DNA of 32,000 nt. It comes from Candidatus Electrothrix sp. GW3-4. GTDB lineage: Bacteria; Desulfobacterota; Desulfobulbia; Desulfobulbales; Desulfobulbaceae. The translations under genes were made by a program, and so were the position numbers. Under the pieces are notes generated by a model, which worked only from the letters and a program-made list of their open reading frames with translations, was not told where the DNA came from and ran no database searches. Positions 17,402-25,699 of the stretch are shown piece by piece. The DNA lies in the NCBI RefSeq assembly GCF_037902255.1, contig NZ_CP147990.1:3630001-3662000 (forward strand), read 5' to 3'. Position 1 is the stretch's first letter, and every line of letters begins with the position of its first letter.

Positions 17402-19024
17402 ATGCCCGAAATTACTCGTCCCAGCGGCTTAACTATTTCCCTGCCCGCTACTTACAGAATTGGCACGCTCAGGTCTGAACCGGAAAGCCCGCCGCGTAAT
17501 GCCGAACCCCGGCGGGGTGGACGTCGAGCAGAACCTCGGTCCAGTAAGGAACGGAGGTTCGAAGGAGCGGAAGCGTTTCCCGAGGGAACAGCTATGCTCA
17601 ACGCCCTGAAAGAGCAGGATATGCAGGTGGTGGACAGCTTTACCCTGGAACCACTCCGTTATCGAGCTGAGGCTGCTGACGTGCGGGAAAAACAGAATAT
17701 CAGGCTCCAGCAAGATCTTCAAAAAAACGAAGGTGCTGTGGTTCTTATTGCGCAGAAAGGCGTTTATTCCTGGGTATTTCCAAAAGAAGAGACAAAGACC
17801 CTGCAATCCGATTCCCGCCAGAATGTACGGGGGCAGACTGCCGCCCGATCCGCCAATTTTCACTTTGATGTGCAGTCGCTCAGCAAGGCCGGAAAAAAGG
17901 CGACGCAACGTGGAAAAACAACGGACTTCATATCCTCTACGATCATTGTCATGAAGTTTGTCGCTCACCTTCCTGTCGATTCAGCAATAAAGTTTTTGGA
18001 ACGCAATGTCGAGCCCGGCCTAGTGCTCATCACCTCTCAAGACGCCGGGCAGTGGCTTCGGGTTGAAGATATGCGTTCGATCACCTTACCTACGGATCGC
18101 CGGGCTAAAATACTGCTCCTTGTTCACGGTACCTTTTCAAGCACCACGGGCAGCTTCGGTGCCCTCAGTTATACAGAGCCGGGACAGAAGTTTCTGACCA
18201 AGGTCTTGGAAAAATATGACATTGTGATCGGATTTGATCATCGCACACTCAGCGATGATCCGAAGGCCAATGCTCTGGATCTGCTCAAAAGACTTCAGCA
18301 GGGAACCTGGCCGCATCCCCCTAAGGTGGATGCCATTGCATTCAGTCGTGGTGGCTTAGTGTTACGTTGGCTGGTACAGCGTCTGTTACCTGTTGCTGAC
18401 TGGCCAGCCCGAATTGAACGGGCAGTCTTTGTCGCCTGCACGAACGGCGGCACTATCTTGGCTGAGCCGGAAAATTGGCATGCACTGGTTGATCTGTATA
18501 CAAATCTTGCTGTCGGCTTAAGCCGCCTGCTCGGGATGATACCTCAGGCCGCTGTGCCGCTGAATATTTTTTCCGGCATCCTGCAGGGACTCGGAGCGTT
18601 GGTAAAGTTTATCGCAACCGAGGCGGTGAGCGGCGGTGCGGTGCCAGGACTGGCTGCCATGGAGCCAGATGGCGAGTTTGTAATCCAACTCAACAGCAAC
18701 GCGTCAGCAGCGCCGAAAGAAACTCAGCTCTATGCTATAACCTCACAATTTGAGCCCAAGCTGTCCGGTGAGACGTATGAGCCAGAGGAACTGGCACCCG
18801 AGTTTACCCTACGCCTGGCAGATAGACTTGTCGATCGGCTCATGAATAACGCCCCCAACGACGTCGTGGTTGATACCGCATCCATGACCACATTTGATCC
18901 AGATACGCAGCAGCTCGTACAGGATAAATACGAGTTCGGTGTAACCTCGAAAATCTACCATCTAAATTATTTTACCCGTTCTGAAGTAACCGAGATCCTT
19001 ACCCATTGGCTGCAACTCGAATAA
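17402..19024 (+). CDS. Alpha/beta-hydrolase-fold (esterase/lipase-like) protein with an Arg/Pro/Glu-rich N-terminal extension, 540 aa
   Basis: ATG with AGGAGG upstream. ILLLVHGTFSS...IGFDHRTLS...AIAFSRGGLVLRWL resembles the oxyanion-hole and nucleophile-elbow (xSxG) arrangement of serine hydrolases. The specific family is not identified. Confidence 0.65.
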   Translation: MPEITRPSGLTISLPATYRIGTLRSEPESPPRNAEPRRGGRRAEPRSSKERRFEGAEAFPEGTAMLNALKEQDMQVVDSFTLEPLRYRAEAADVREKQNIRLQQDLQKNEGAVVLIAQKGVYSWVFPKEETKTLQSDSRQNVRGQTAARSANFHFDVQSLSKAGKKATQRGKTTDFISSTIIVMKFVAHLPVDSAIKFLERNVEPGLVLITSQDAGQWLRVEDMRSITLPTDRRAKILLLVHGTFSSTTGSFGALSYTEPGQKFLTKVLEKYDIVIGFDHRTLSDDPKANALDLLKRLQQGTWPHPPKVDAIAFSRGGLVLRWLVQRLLPVADWPARIERAVFVACTNGGTILAEPENWHALVDLYTNLAVGLSRLLGMIPQAAVPLNIFSGILQGLGALVKFIATEAVSGGAVPGLAAMEPDGEFVIQLNSNASAAPKETQLYAITSQFEPKLSGETYEPEELAPEFTLRLADRLVDRLMNNAPNDVVVDTASMTTFDPDTQQLVQDKYEFGVTSKIYHLNYFTRSEVTEILTHWLQLE

Positions 19025-19109
19025 AATTTCCTCTTCTAGATTATGCCGCTTTTTCTCCAATTCCGGCAGCTGCAGCCAAAAATACTTGATGAGGAGACAT
19101 CCAGCAGGC

Positions 19110-19131
19110 CCCTGGCCTTTCGAGGCCAGGG
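19110..19131. terminator. Strong GC hairpin between convergent genes (possible bidirectional terminator; no U-tract)
   Basis: CCCTGGCC-tttcga-GGCCAGGG, a perfect 8-bp stem, lies between the stop codons at 19024 (+) and 19165 (-). Confidence 0.3.
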
Positions 19132-19164
19132 AGCCGATGAAAAATAGAGACTAACCACCTACTT

Positions 19165-20580
19165 TCAAAAATACACCCCCTTCACCTCGTCCTCCTTTTC
19201 CTCCTGATACCCAGCCAAAATACGCTTGGCCATTTCCCAGGCCTGTTTATGCATATCATTGATGCCGATCCCCTGCCAGCCGAACCCGCAAAGGTGCAAA
19301 TTATCATTGCTCGCATGCAGTTGCCGCCGCCAGTCCAGTAGGACAGGATACCCTTCTTCTAATTGAGGAATACCGTATTTCGGTCGCAAGACCCGACTAA
19401 ACGATGGTGGTTCTGGGAGATGAATGAGCTGCTTCAGATCCTCATAGACTTTTTCGACCAACGCCTCATCAGCAAGGTCTAGTCGTTCTGGATGCCTACG
19501 CCCACCGACCAAGGCTTCCATCAGAACATGGCCTTCAGGGGCCCGGCCCGAAAACATATGCGAGGAAAATAGGGCACCGAGGGCAAAACGTTGCTCCTGC
19601 TCTGGGGCAAGATAGCCAAAACCGAAAGGAATATTCGCCTTGTCTGTAAAGCCAAGGGCGACTGTGGCGATACGGGCTTCTGGAATCGCAGGAACAGGCG
19701 GCGCAGGCAGGTCGCTGTCCGTAAGAAGTTCCAGACAACGGTTCACTGGCAGAGCAATGATCAGGTGTCGGGCCTGTAACTCCAGCTGCCCGGTTCGCAC
19801 CACCCACCCTCCGTCAACCTGGACAATGGAGCGAGCAGCTGTTCGATACATGATCTCTTTATTGGGAATCAACTTGGCTGCCATGGCCTGGGGGAGCCGA
19901 GCCATTCCTGCCTTAAAACTGGTCATGGCAGGCAGACCTTTTTTCTCTTTTTTACTGCCCTCCTTCTTGCTTTCTTTACGAGCAGCCCACATCTTATGCA
20001 CAGCACCTTTCAGCACCGAACCATGGGTTTGCTCCAAATTATGCAGACCAGGCATAACCGCTTCCAGCTTCAGCCGATCAATATCACCGGCATAGGTCCC
20101 CGTAAAAACAGCATCGGCAAAAGGCAATAAAGACTTGCCAAAACGATGCGCTACCCATTGGGCCACAGTTGGCTCATCAGATAGAGGCTTTTTCCAGAGA
20201 TCGCCGAGCACCCGCAGCTTAGCAGGCCAAGAAACCAGTGGTGCCTTGAGCACCTTGCCAGGGCTTTGGGGAATGAGCTTCAGCTCACCATCAAGACAGA
20301 TATAGCGGACAAATTCGGAGAGAGGGGCCTTCTCGACCTCCTCGGTCAAACCTGCCTCATGCACCAGGACCCGGCTTTCCAGGGCATTATCCAAAAAGCC
20401 GTGGGCACCGGCCTCGGCAAGATAGCCCTCCTCAATATGCGAGCGAACAGCCCCACCGGGATGATCCCCTTGCTCAATAATCAGTAAAGAGATATCAGGC
20501 TCTTTATGTTTCAAAAAGGTAGCTGCAGCCAGCCCGGACAGACCGGCACCGATAATCAATACGTCAGCAGATGGTTGCAT
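19165..20580 (-). CDS. hemY: FAD-dependent protoporphyrinogen/coproporphyrinogen oxidase family protein (HemY-like), ~471 aa
   Basis: ORF 19165..20748 trimmed to the ATG at 20578-20580 so that the dinucleotide-binding motif DVLIIGAGLSGLAAA is N-terminal. Further family-typical segments are HPGGAVRS, EAGAHGF, ...LHLCGFGWQGIGINDM. The upstream extension would overlap the kinase gene. Confidence 0.8.
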   Translation of the reverse strand: MQPSADVLIIGAGLSGLAAATFLKHKEPDISLLIIEQGDHPGGAVRSHIEEGYLAEAGAHGFLDNALESRVLVHEAGLTEEVEKAPLSEFVRYICLDGELKLIPQSPGKVLKAPLVSWPAKLRVLGDLWKKPLSDEPTVAQWVAHRFGKSLLPFADAVFTGTYAGDIDRLKLEAVMPGLHNLEQTHGSVLKGAVHKMWAARKESKKEGSKKEKKGLPAMTSFKAGMARLPQAMAAKLIPNKEIMYRTAARSIVQVDGGWVVRTGQLELQARHLIIALPVNRCLELLTDSDLPAPPVPAIPEARIATVALGFTDKANIPFGFGYLAPEQEQRFALGALFSSHMFSGRAPEGHVLMEALVGGRRHPERLDLADEALVEKVYEDLKQLIHLPEPPSFSRVLRPKYGIPQLEEGYPVLLDWRRQLHASNDNLHLCGFGWQGIGINDMHKQAWEMAKRILAGYQEEKEDEVKGVYF

Positions 20581-20740
20581 AATGATAAACCATAAAGGTA
20601 TTCTTTCTCGTGATTGAGACCTCCGCCTCTTGCGCTGTCTCACCAAAGAGAAGTTCAAGGAGAAAAATAGGATATTATATCCTGACCCTGCAAAGGTCAA
20701 GCAGGAACAAAAAAACAGCTCTGGGCCCCTGACAAGCTGC

Positions 20741-23458
20741 TCATTCATCTTCTTCCTGCGTTACACCTAAGACCTGACTGACAGTGGCCGCCAATTTACT
20801 CTTGAGCACAGGCTTCATAAGATACGCCTTGATCCCTAAGGACTTGGCTTTTTCTTCGTTGATCATTTCACTGAAGCCGGTACACAGGATAACCGGAATA
20901 TCAGGATGTTGTTCCAAAATCTTTTGAGCTAAGTCTATCCCACTCATCTTGGGCATGGCCATATCAGTGATGACCAGGTCAAAGGCATCAGGCTGTTGGG
21001 CAAATATCTCCCAGGCTGCAAGGCTGTCGGTTTCTATCGTCACCTGGTAGCCTAATTGCATGAGCATATAGCGTGTAATATCTACAACGGCCTCTTCATC
21101 ATCAATAACAAGAATATGCCCTGTACCTGTGGGATCCTTTTTCCCAGCCAGGAAGCGCTCATTGGCCCGCTTTGCCTCTTCCTTCAACTGTGGCAAATAC
21201 ACCCGAAAGGTTGTCCCCTGTCCCGGCTCCGAATACACCGATATCGAGCCTCCATGATCATGGACAATGGCATGGACCGTGGCAAGCCCCAACCCGGTCC
21301 CTCCTTGCTCTTTTTTAGTAGTGAAATAGGGCTCAAAGATCTTTTCGATCATATCAGGTGCGATCCCATGCCCGCTATCACTCACCTCTATCAGAATATA
21401 CTCCCCAGGCTGCAACCCTATTTTATGCAGCGATTCCTCTGCCGTCAGGGTCAGAGGATGCATGGCAACCCCCAATATTCCCTCTGTTTCCATCATGGCC
21501 TGGTAGGCATTGGTACAGAGATTAACCACCACCTGATGCACCTGGGTTGGATCCGCCATAATCTTGCCGCAGGCATTATCTATATTTTGCTTAATCGCAA
21601 TAGACGCCGGGATGGAAGAGCGGAGCAGCTTTAAGGCCTCTTTAACAATAAGATGCGGTTCTACCGGCTGTAATGCCTGTTCTGTCTGCCGACTGAAACT
21701 CAGGATCTGCTTGACCAGATCCCTGGCCCGAAAGGCAGCGCCGTATATTTGCTGGGCCTGAAAGCTCTCCACCGACTCCTTAGGCAGACTTTCGCTCAGC
21801 ATTTCCGCATATCCCATAATGGGAGACAAAATATTATTAAAATCATGGGCTATGCCGCCTGCAAGCGTACCTATCGCTTCCATTTTCTGGGCCTGTCGGA
21901 CCTTAGACTCGAGTTGTTTCTGCCCAGAGATATTTTTGGCAAAGCAGACAATCGCGGTCAGCTGCCTTGTCTCATTAAAAATAGGGGCAGAAGAGACAAG
22001 AAAAAAATTCGACTTTCCATGATATTGATGCTCAATCTGACAGGAAAAAGGTCTCTGCTCCCGTATTGATTTCACTGCCGGGCAGTCTTTGCAGGGAAAA
22101 GATGCCTCACGGAACAACTCAAAACATTGCAGGCCTACCAGCCCTCCTGGCTGGACGTCAAAATACTGCCCTGTCGCCCTGTTGGCCCGCAACACCCGCA
22201 GGTCAGGGTCGAGAAGAAAGATTATCTCATTAATAGCATCAAATGTCCGCTGCCATTCATCACGGGCCTGGACCAGAAGACGTTCAGCCTCCTTTCTGGC
22301 GCTGACATCCTGGACATTCATTATTCGCCTGATTTTTTGCCCTGCACTATCACGCACCACGGTGATATTCACCTCAACAGGAAAGCTCCCCTCTGCTTTT
22401 CGGAGATGGCGTGATTCAAAAATATGATGTCCTTCTTTCTCTGCCAGCTGCACATGTTTGCCAATGTCATCCTGAAATCTTTTCTCGACAAGAGCAAGAT
22501 AAGGTTTCCCCTGCAGCTCTTCAGGGGAAGCGCCATGCATCTCTGCAAAGGCCGGATTCATCATATCCAGCGAGAATGTCTCTGCCGTACTCAAGGCTAT
22601 TCCCCACTGGGCATGCTTGAAAATCTCCGCCCATTCCTGCAACTCGGTCTCATGCTGCATTTTTTTCCGAAGTTGAGACCGCATCTTGTTATAAAAGGCC
22701 CAAAAGACAGGGAGCAGAGCTAACCACAACAGGGCATAGACAAAATAAATATGTCGCACCACATCGTCATAGACCTTTTGAAAGGATGCCAGGGGCAACG
22801 CAATCCCCACTCCGCCACGGATATCCCCCTCTTTATAACCCTGCCAGGCATGACATTTTAAGCAATCAGCCTTCGTGACCATGGGACGCATAAGGCGAAG
22901 ATAGGGATCGTTTTGTATCTCTGTATATTCTACAACCTCTTGCGTACCCTGCTCAAAGGCGTGCAAGGCCTTTGTCTCCCACTCATCAGGGGCATTCTCC
23001 GGGTTGAGAGGCCGCAAACTGGTAATTCGTCCTTTTACTCCGTACAATTTTTCGAATTTATTCATCATCTGATGGAGCATATAGGCCGGATTCATCAGAG
23101 TAAGTTTTTTACCAGAGGGTGTAACAATATCCCTTTCCGGGATGTGGCTCAGATTCGGGTTTGGCGGTGTTTCCTCAGTAATGGGCACATAGACGCCCCC
23201 ATGAGAAGAGGCCCAAAAACGAAAGGCCTGATCCTTATTGAAATGGGATCGGGCCTCGTTTTCCACCAGTTCCGCCAACTGACGGCGCTCAACATGAATA
23301 TTCCAGGCAAGGGACATCCCGATAATAAGCGTCCACAGGATAATACCTGTCAAAAAAGCAAGGTAAAGCGTTTTAAAGGGAGATGGTTGCATATCGTCTT
23401 TCGGTTGTTTCTGAACGGTTGAACTCAATGACGTATTTTGATGAAAATGCTTAAGCAT
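20741..23458 (-). CDS. Hybrid sensor histidine kinase/response regulator: TM, DUF3365 (CxxCH heme-binding) sensor, PAS, HisKA, HATPase_c, REC; 905 aa
   Basis: ATG preceded by AAGGTGG. Periplasmic YLRLMRPMVTKADCLKCHAWQGY...IRGGVGIALP is DUF3365-like with CLKCH. H-box GGIAHDFNNIL; ATPase GGTGLGLA; receiver ILVIDDEE...LVITDMAMPKMSG. Confidence 0.9.
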   Translation of the reverse strand: MLKHFHQNTSLSSTVQKQPKDDMQPSPFKTLYLAFLTGIILWTLIIGMSLAWNIHVERRQLAELVENEARSHFNKDQAFRFWASSHGGVYVPITEETPPNPNLSHIPERDIVTPSGKKLTLMNPAYMLHQMMNKFEKLYGVKGRITSLRPLNPENAPDEWETKALHAFEQGTQEVVEYTEIQNDPYLRLMRPMVTKADCLKCHAWQGYKEGDIRGGVGIALPLASFQKVYDDVVRHIYFVYALLWLALLPVFWAFYNKMRSQLRKKMQHETELQEWAEIFKHAQWGIALSTAETFSLDMMNPAFAEMHGASPEELQGKPYLALVEKRFQDDIGKHVQLAEKEGHHIFESRHLRKAEGSFPVEVNITVVRDSAGQKIRRIMNVQDVSARKEAERLLVQARDEWQRTFDAINEIIFLLDPDLRVLRANRATGQYFDVQPGGLVGLQCFELFREASFPCKDCPAVKSIREQRPFSCQIEHQYHGKSNFFLVSSAPIFNETRQLTAIVCFAKNISGQKQLESKVRQAQKMEAIGTLAGGIAHDFNNILSPIMGYAEMLSESLPKESVESFQAQQIYGAAFRARDLVKQILSFSRQTEQALQPVEPHLIVKEALKLLRSSIPASIAIKQNIDNACGKIMADPTQVHQVVVNLCTNAYQAMMETEGILGVAMHPLTLTAEESLHKIGLQPGEYILIEVSDSGHGIAPDMIEKIFEPYFTTKKEQGGTGLGLATVHAIVHDHGGSISVYSEPGQGTTFRVYLPQLKEEAKRANERFLAGKKDPTGTGHILVIDDEEAVVDITRYMLMQLGYQVTIETDSLAAWEIFAQQPDAFDLVITDMAMPKMSGIDLAQKILEQHPDIPVILCTGFSEMINEEKAKSLGIKAYLMKPVLKSKLAATVSQVLGVTQEEDE

Positions 23459-23553
23459 GCCACCTTACCGGACGACATCAGAGGTAGACCGGCAGAGAAA
23501 TCCCTGCCACCCTCTATGCATAACAGGCTTATCATCTCTCCCCCATCAACATC

Positions 23554-23581
23554 TTGACAGCAGGCTAATCATGCTTATTGT
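23554..23581 (+). promoter_or_regulatory. Putative sigma70-type promoter upstream of htpG (TTGACA, 16 nt, TATTGT)
   Basis: Perfect -35 TTGACA at 23554-23559, a 16-nt spacer, then TATTGT at 23576-23581, about 90 nt upstream of the htpG ATG. No sigma32-type CCCCAT -10 element is seen at the right spacing. Confidence 0.3.
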
Positions 23582-23671
23582 TGCGGTTTATTAGAGTAAG
23601 GATAATTACATATAACCACAAATGAAAACCCTGAACCATTAAAAAAATACTCCATCAAAAGGATAACCATC

Positions 23672-25552
23672 ATGAGTGCACAGGTTGAAACCAAACAATT
23701 TCAGGCAGAGACCCGAAAGGTTCTCGATATCGTCATTAACTCGCTCTACACCGAACGAGACATTTTTGTCCGTGAGTTGGTCTCCAATGCTTCAGATGCC
23801 TTGGAAAAATTCCGTCATCTCTCCCTCACGGAACAGCCGGAATTCGATGCCCATGTCCCGCTGGAGATCAATATAGACTGTGATGATAAAAAGCACACCC
23901 TGACCATCACCGATACCGGTATCGGCATGACACCGGAGGAGCTTGAGGAAAACCTGGGAACTATTGCCCATTCCGGCTCGGGGAAATTCGTGGAAGAACT
24001 GGCTGAGGCTGCTAAAAAGGATGTCAGCCTGATCGGCCAGTTCGGTGTCGGTTTTTATTCCGCCTTTATGGCCGCAAAGACCGTTACCGTGCAAACCCGT
24101 TCCTGGGATGGCAGCGAAGGACATGAGTGGCATTCCGACGGCAATGGCTCGTATACCATCAGTCCCTGCCAAGGCCTGCACCGGGGTACCAAAATCATCA
24201 TTGAGCTGAAGGACGATGCTGAAGAATATGGCCAGAAATTCACTTTAGAGCGCATCATCAAGCAGTACTCCACCTTTATCCCCTTTCCGGTCAAGGTGGA
24301 AGGTAATAAGGTCAACACGGTTGAGGCCATCTGGGGACGCTCCAAAAGCGAAATCAGCGACGAGGAGTACAACGAATTCTATAAATTTGTGGGGAATGCC
24401 TACGATGAACCTACCTTCCGTCTCCATTTCGCTGCTGACGCACCGCTGGCCATCAATGCTCTCCTCTTTGTACCCAAGGATAATTTTGAAAACATGGGGA
24501 TGGGGCGCATGGATCCCGGGGTCAACCTCTATTGCCAAAAGGTACTGATTGACCAGCATAGCAAGAGCATCCTGCCGGAGTGGCTGCGCTTTATCAAGGG
24601 TGTGGTGGATTCCGAGGATCTTCCCCTGAACATCTCCCGCCAATCCCTTCAGGATAATGCCCTGGTGATGAAACTACGCAAGGTCATCACCAAACGTTTC
24701 CTCAAACACATGGCAGAAGAGGCCAAAAAAGACAACGAGAAATACCTGGAGTTTTGGAAGACCTTTGGCATCTTCCTCAAAGAGGGGGTCACCTCTGATT
24801 TTGAATACCAGAAAGAGCTGGCAACCTTACTTCGTTTTGAGTCTTCGGCCTCGGAAGCAGGCAGCATGATCTCCCTGCAGGAGTACGTGGATCGGATGGC
24901 AGAGGGACAGGAAGAGATCTACTACATCAACGGACCCAGCCGGATCGCCATTGAAAACGGCCCCTATGTGGAGATGTTCAAAAAACGGGATATCGAGATC
25001 CTCTACACCCTGGAGCCCATTGACGACTTTGTCCTCTCGCATCTGGGTGAATTTGACGGCAAGAAACTGCTTTCCGCTGATCGGGCTGACCTGCGCCTAC
25101 CGGAGAGCACCGAGAAGAGTGATGAAGCCCAGGATGAGGCTGGTGAAGAAAAACTGGCCGAGGCAGTACAGACCTCGCTTTGCAAATGGATGAAAGAGGT
25201 CCTGGGCGACAAGGTCAAAGAGGTGAAGCCATCCACCCGTTTGGTGGATAGCCCGGCCATGATCGTTAATACTGACGGGTATATGACCTCATCAATGGAG
25301 CGAATACTGGCGGCGCAGGGCAAGAGTGGTCAGGATAATCCCATGATGATGAGCGGGAAAAAGGAAATGGAAATCAACCCAGCCAGCTCGCTGATCAAAA
25401 AAATGGCTGATCTCCGTACCAAGGATCAGAATTTTGCCAAGGAGATTGCTGAGCAAATCTATGATAATGCCATGATTCAGGCAGGTCTTCTTGTTGATCC
25501 ACAGGAGATGGTGAACCGAAATTACCGCATTTTGGAGCGGATGTCGGCGTAG
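23672..25552 (+). CDS. htpG: Molecular chaperone HtpG (Hsp90 family), 626 aa
   Basis: FQAETRKVLDIVINSLYTERDIFVRELVSNASDALEK, ITDTGIGMT and GQFGVGFYSAFM are GHKL ATPase motifs of Hsp90. The length is typical and the RBS is AAGGA. Confidence 0.97.
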   Translation: MSAQVETKQFQAETRKVLDIVINSLYTERDIFVRELVSNASDALEKFRHLSLTEQPEFDAHVPLEINIDCDDKKHTLTITDTGIGMTPEELEENLGTIAHSGSGKFVEELAEAAKKDVSLIGQFGVGFYSAFMAAKTVTVQTRSWDGSEGHEWHSDGNGSYTISPCQGLHRGTKIIIELKDDAEEYGQKFTLERIIKQYSTFIPFPVKVEGNKVNTVEAIWGRSKSEISDEEYNEFYKFVGNAYDEPTFRLHFAADAPLAINALLFVPKDNFENMGMGRMDPGVNLYCQKVLIDQHSKSILPEWLRFIKGVVDSEDLPLNISRQSLQDNALVMKLRKVITKRFLKHMAEEAKKDNEKYLEFWKTFGIFLKEGVTSDFEYQKELATLLRFESSASEAGSMISLQEYVDRMAEGQEEIYYINGPSRIAIENGPYVEMFKKRDIEILYTLEPIDDFVLSHLGEFDGKKLLSADRADLRLPESTEKSDEAQDEAGEEKLAEAVQTSLCKWMKEVLGDKVKEVKPSTRLVDSPAMIVNTDGYMTSSMERILAAQGKSGQDNPMMMSGKKEMEINPASSLIKKMADLRTKDQNFAKEIAEQIYDNAMIQAGLLVDPQEMVNRNYRILERMSA

Positions 25553-25564
25553 GCTTGTAACTGT

Positions 25565-25596
25565 AAAAAAATAAGGGCGCGGCAATGCCGTGCCCC
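25565..25596 (-). terminator. Rho-independent terminator for the minus-strand 347-aa gene (may also stop htpG transcription)
   Basis: GGGCGCGG-caatg-CCGTGCCC hairpin at 25575-25595. It is followed on the minus strand by a U-run (plus-strand A-run at 25565-25571). Confidence 0.55.
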
Positions 25597-25699
25597 GTTC
25601 CTACACCAACTCACAAAAGAGGTCACAGAGATCTTCGTACACCGATAGCGTGCCCTACCCTCTCCATTGCGAATTACCTCGCGGTGGGGTTGTCTGCTG

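Noticed and set aside
14912-19403. A diversity-generating retroelement (TR/VR pair) as the explanation for the repeated 3' end of the HemY-like gene.
   Set aside because: Differences between the copies are not restricted to adenine positions, and the copies carry indels and frameshifts. No reverse transcriptase is present, and the target is a housekeeping oxidase rather than a variable ligand-binding protein.
20581-20748. A 56-aa N-terminal extension of the HemY-like ORF overlaps the kinase gene. Similar upstream extensions occur on the csp (219..305), adaptor, AraC, PhnD-like and 125-aa ORFs.
   Set aside because: In each case an internal start places a canonical N-terminal motif or signal peptide correctly, and most (not the HemY-like start) have a better RBS. 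The extensions have implausible composition or overlap neighbouring genes.
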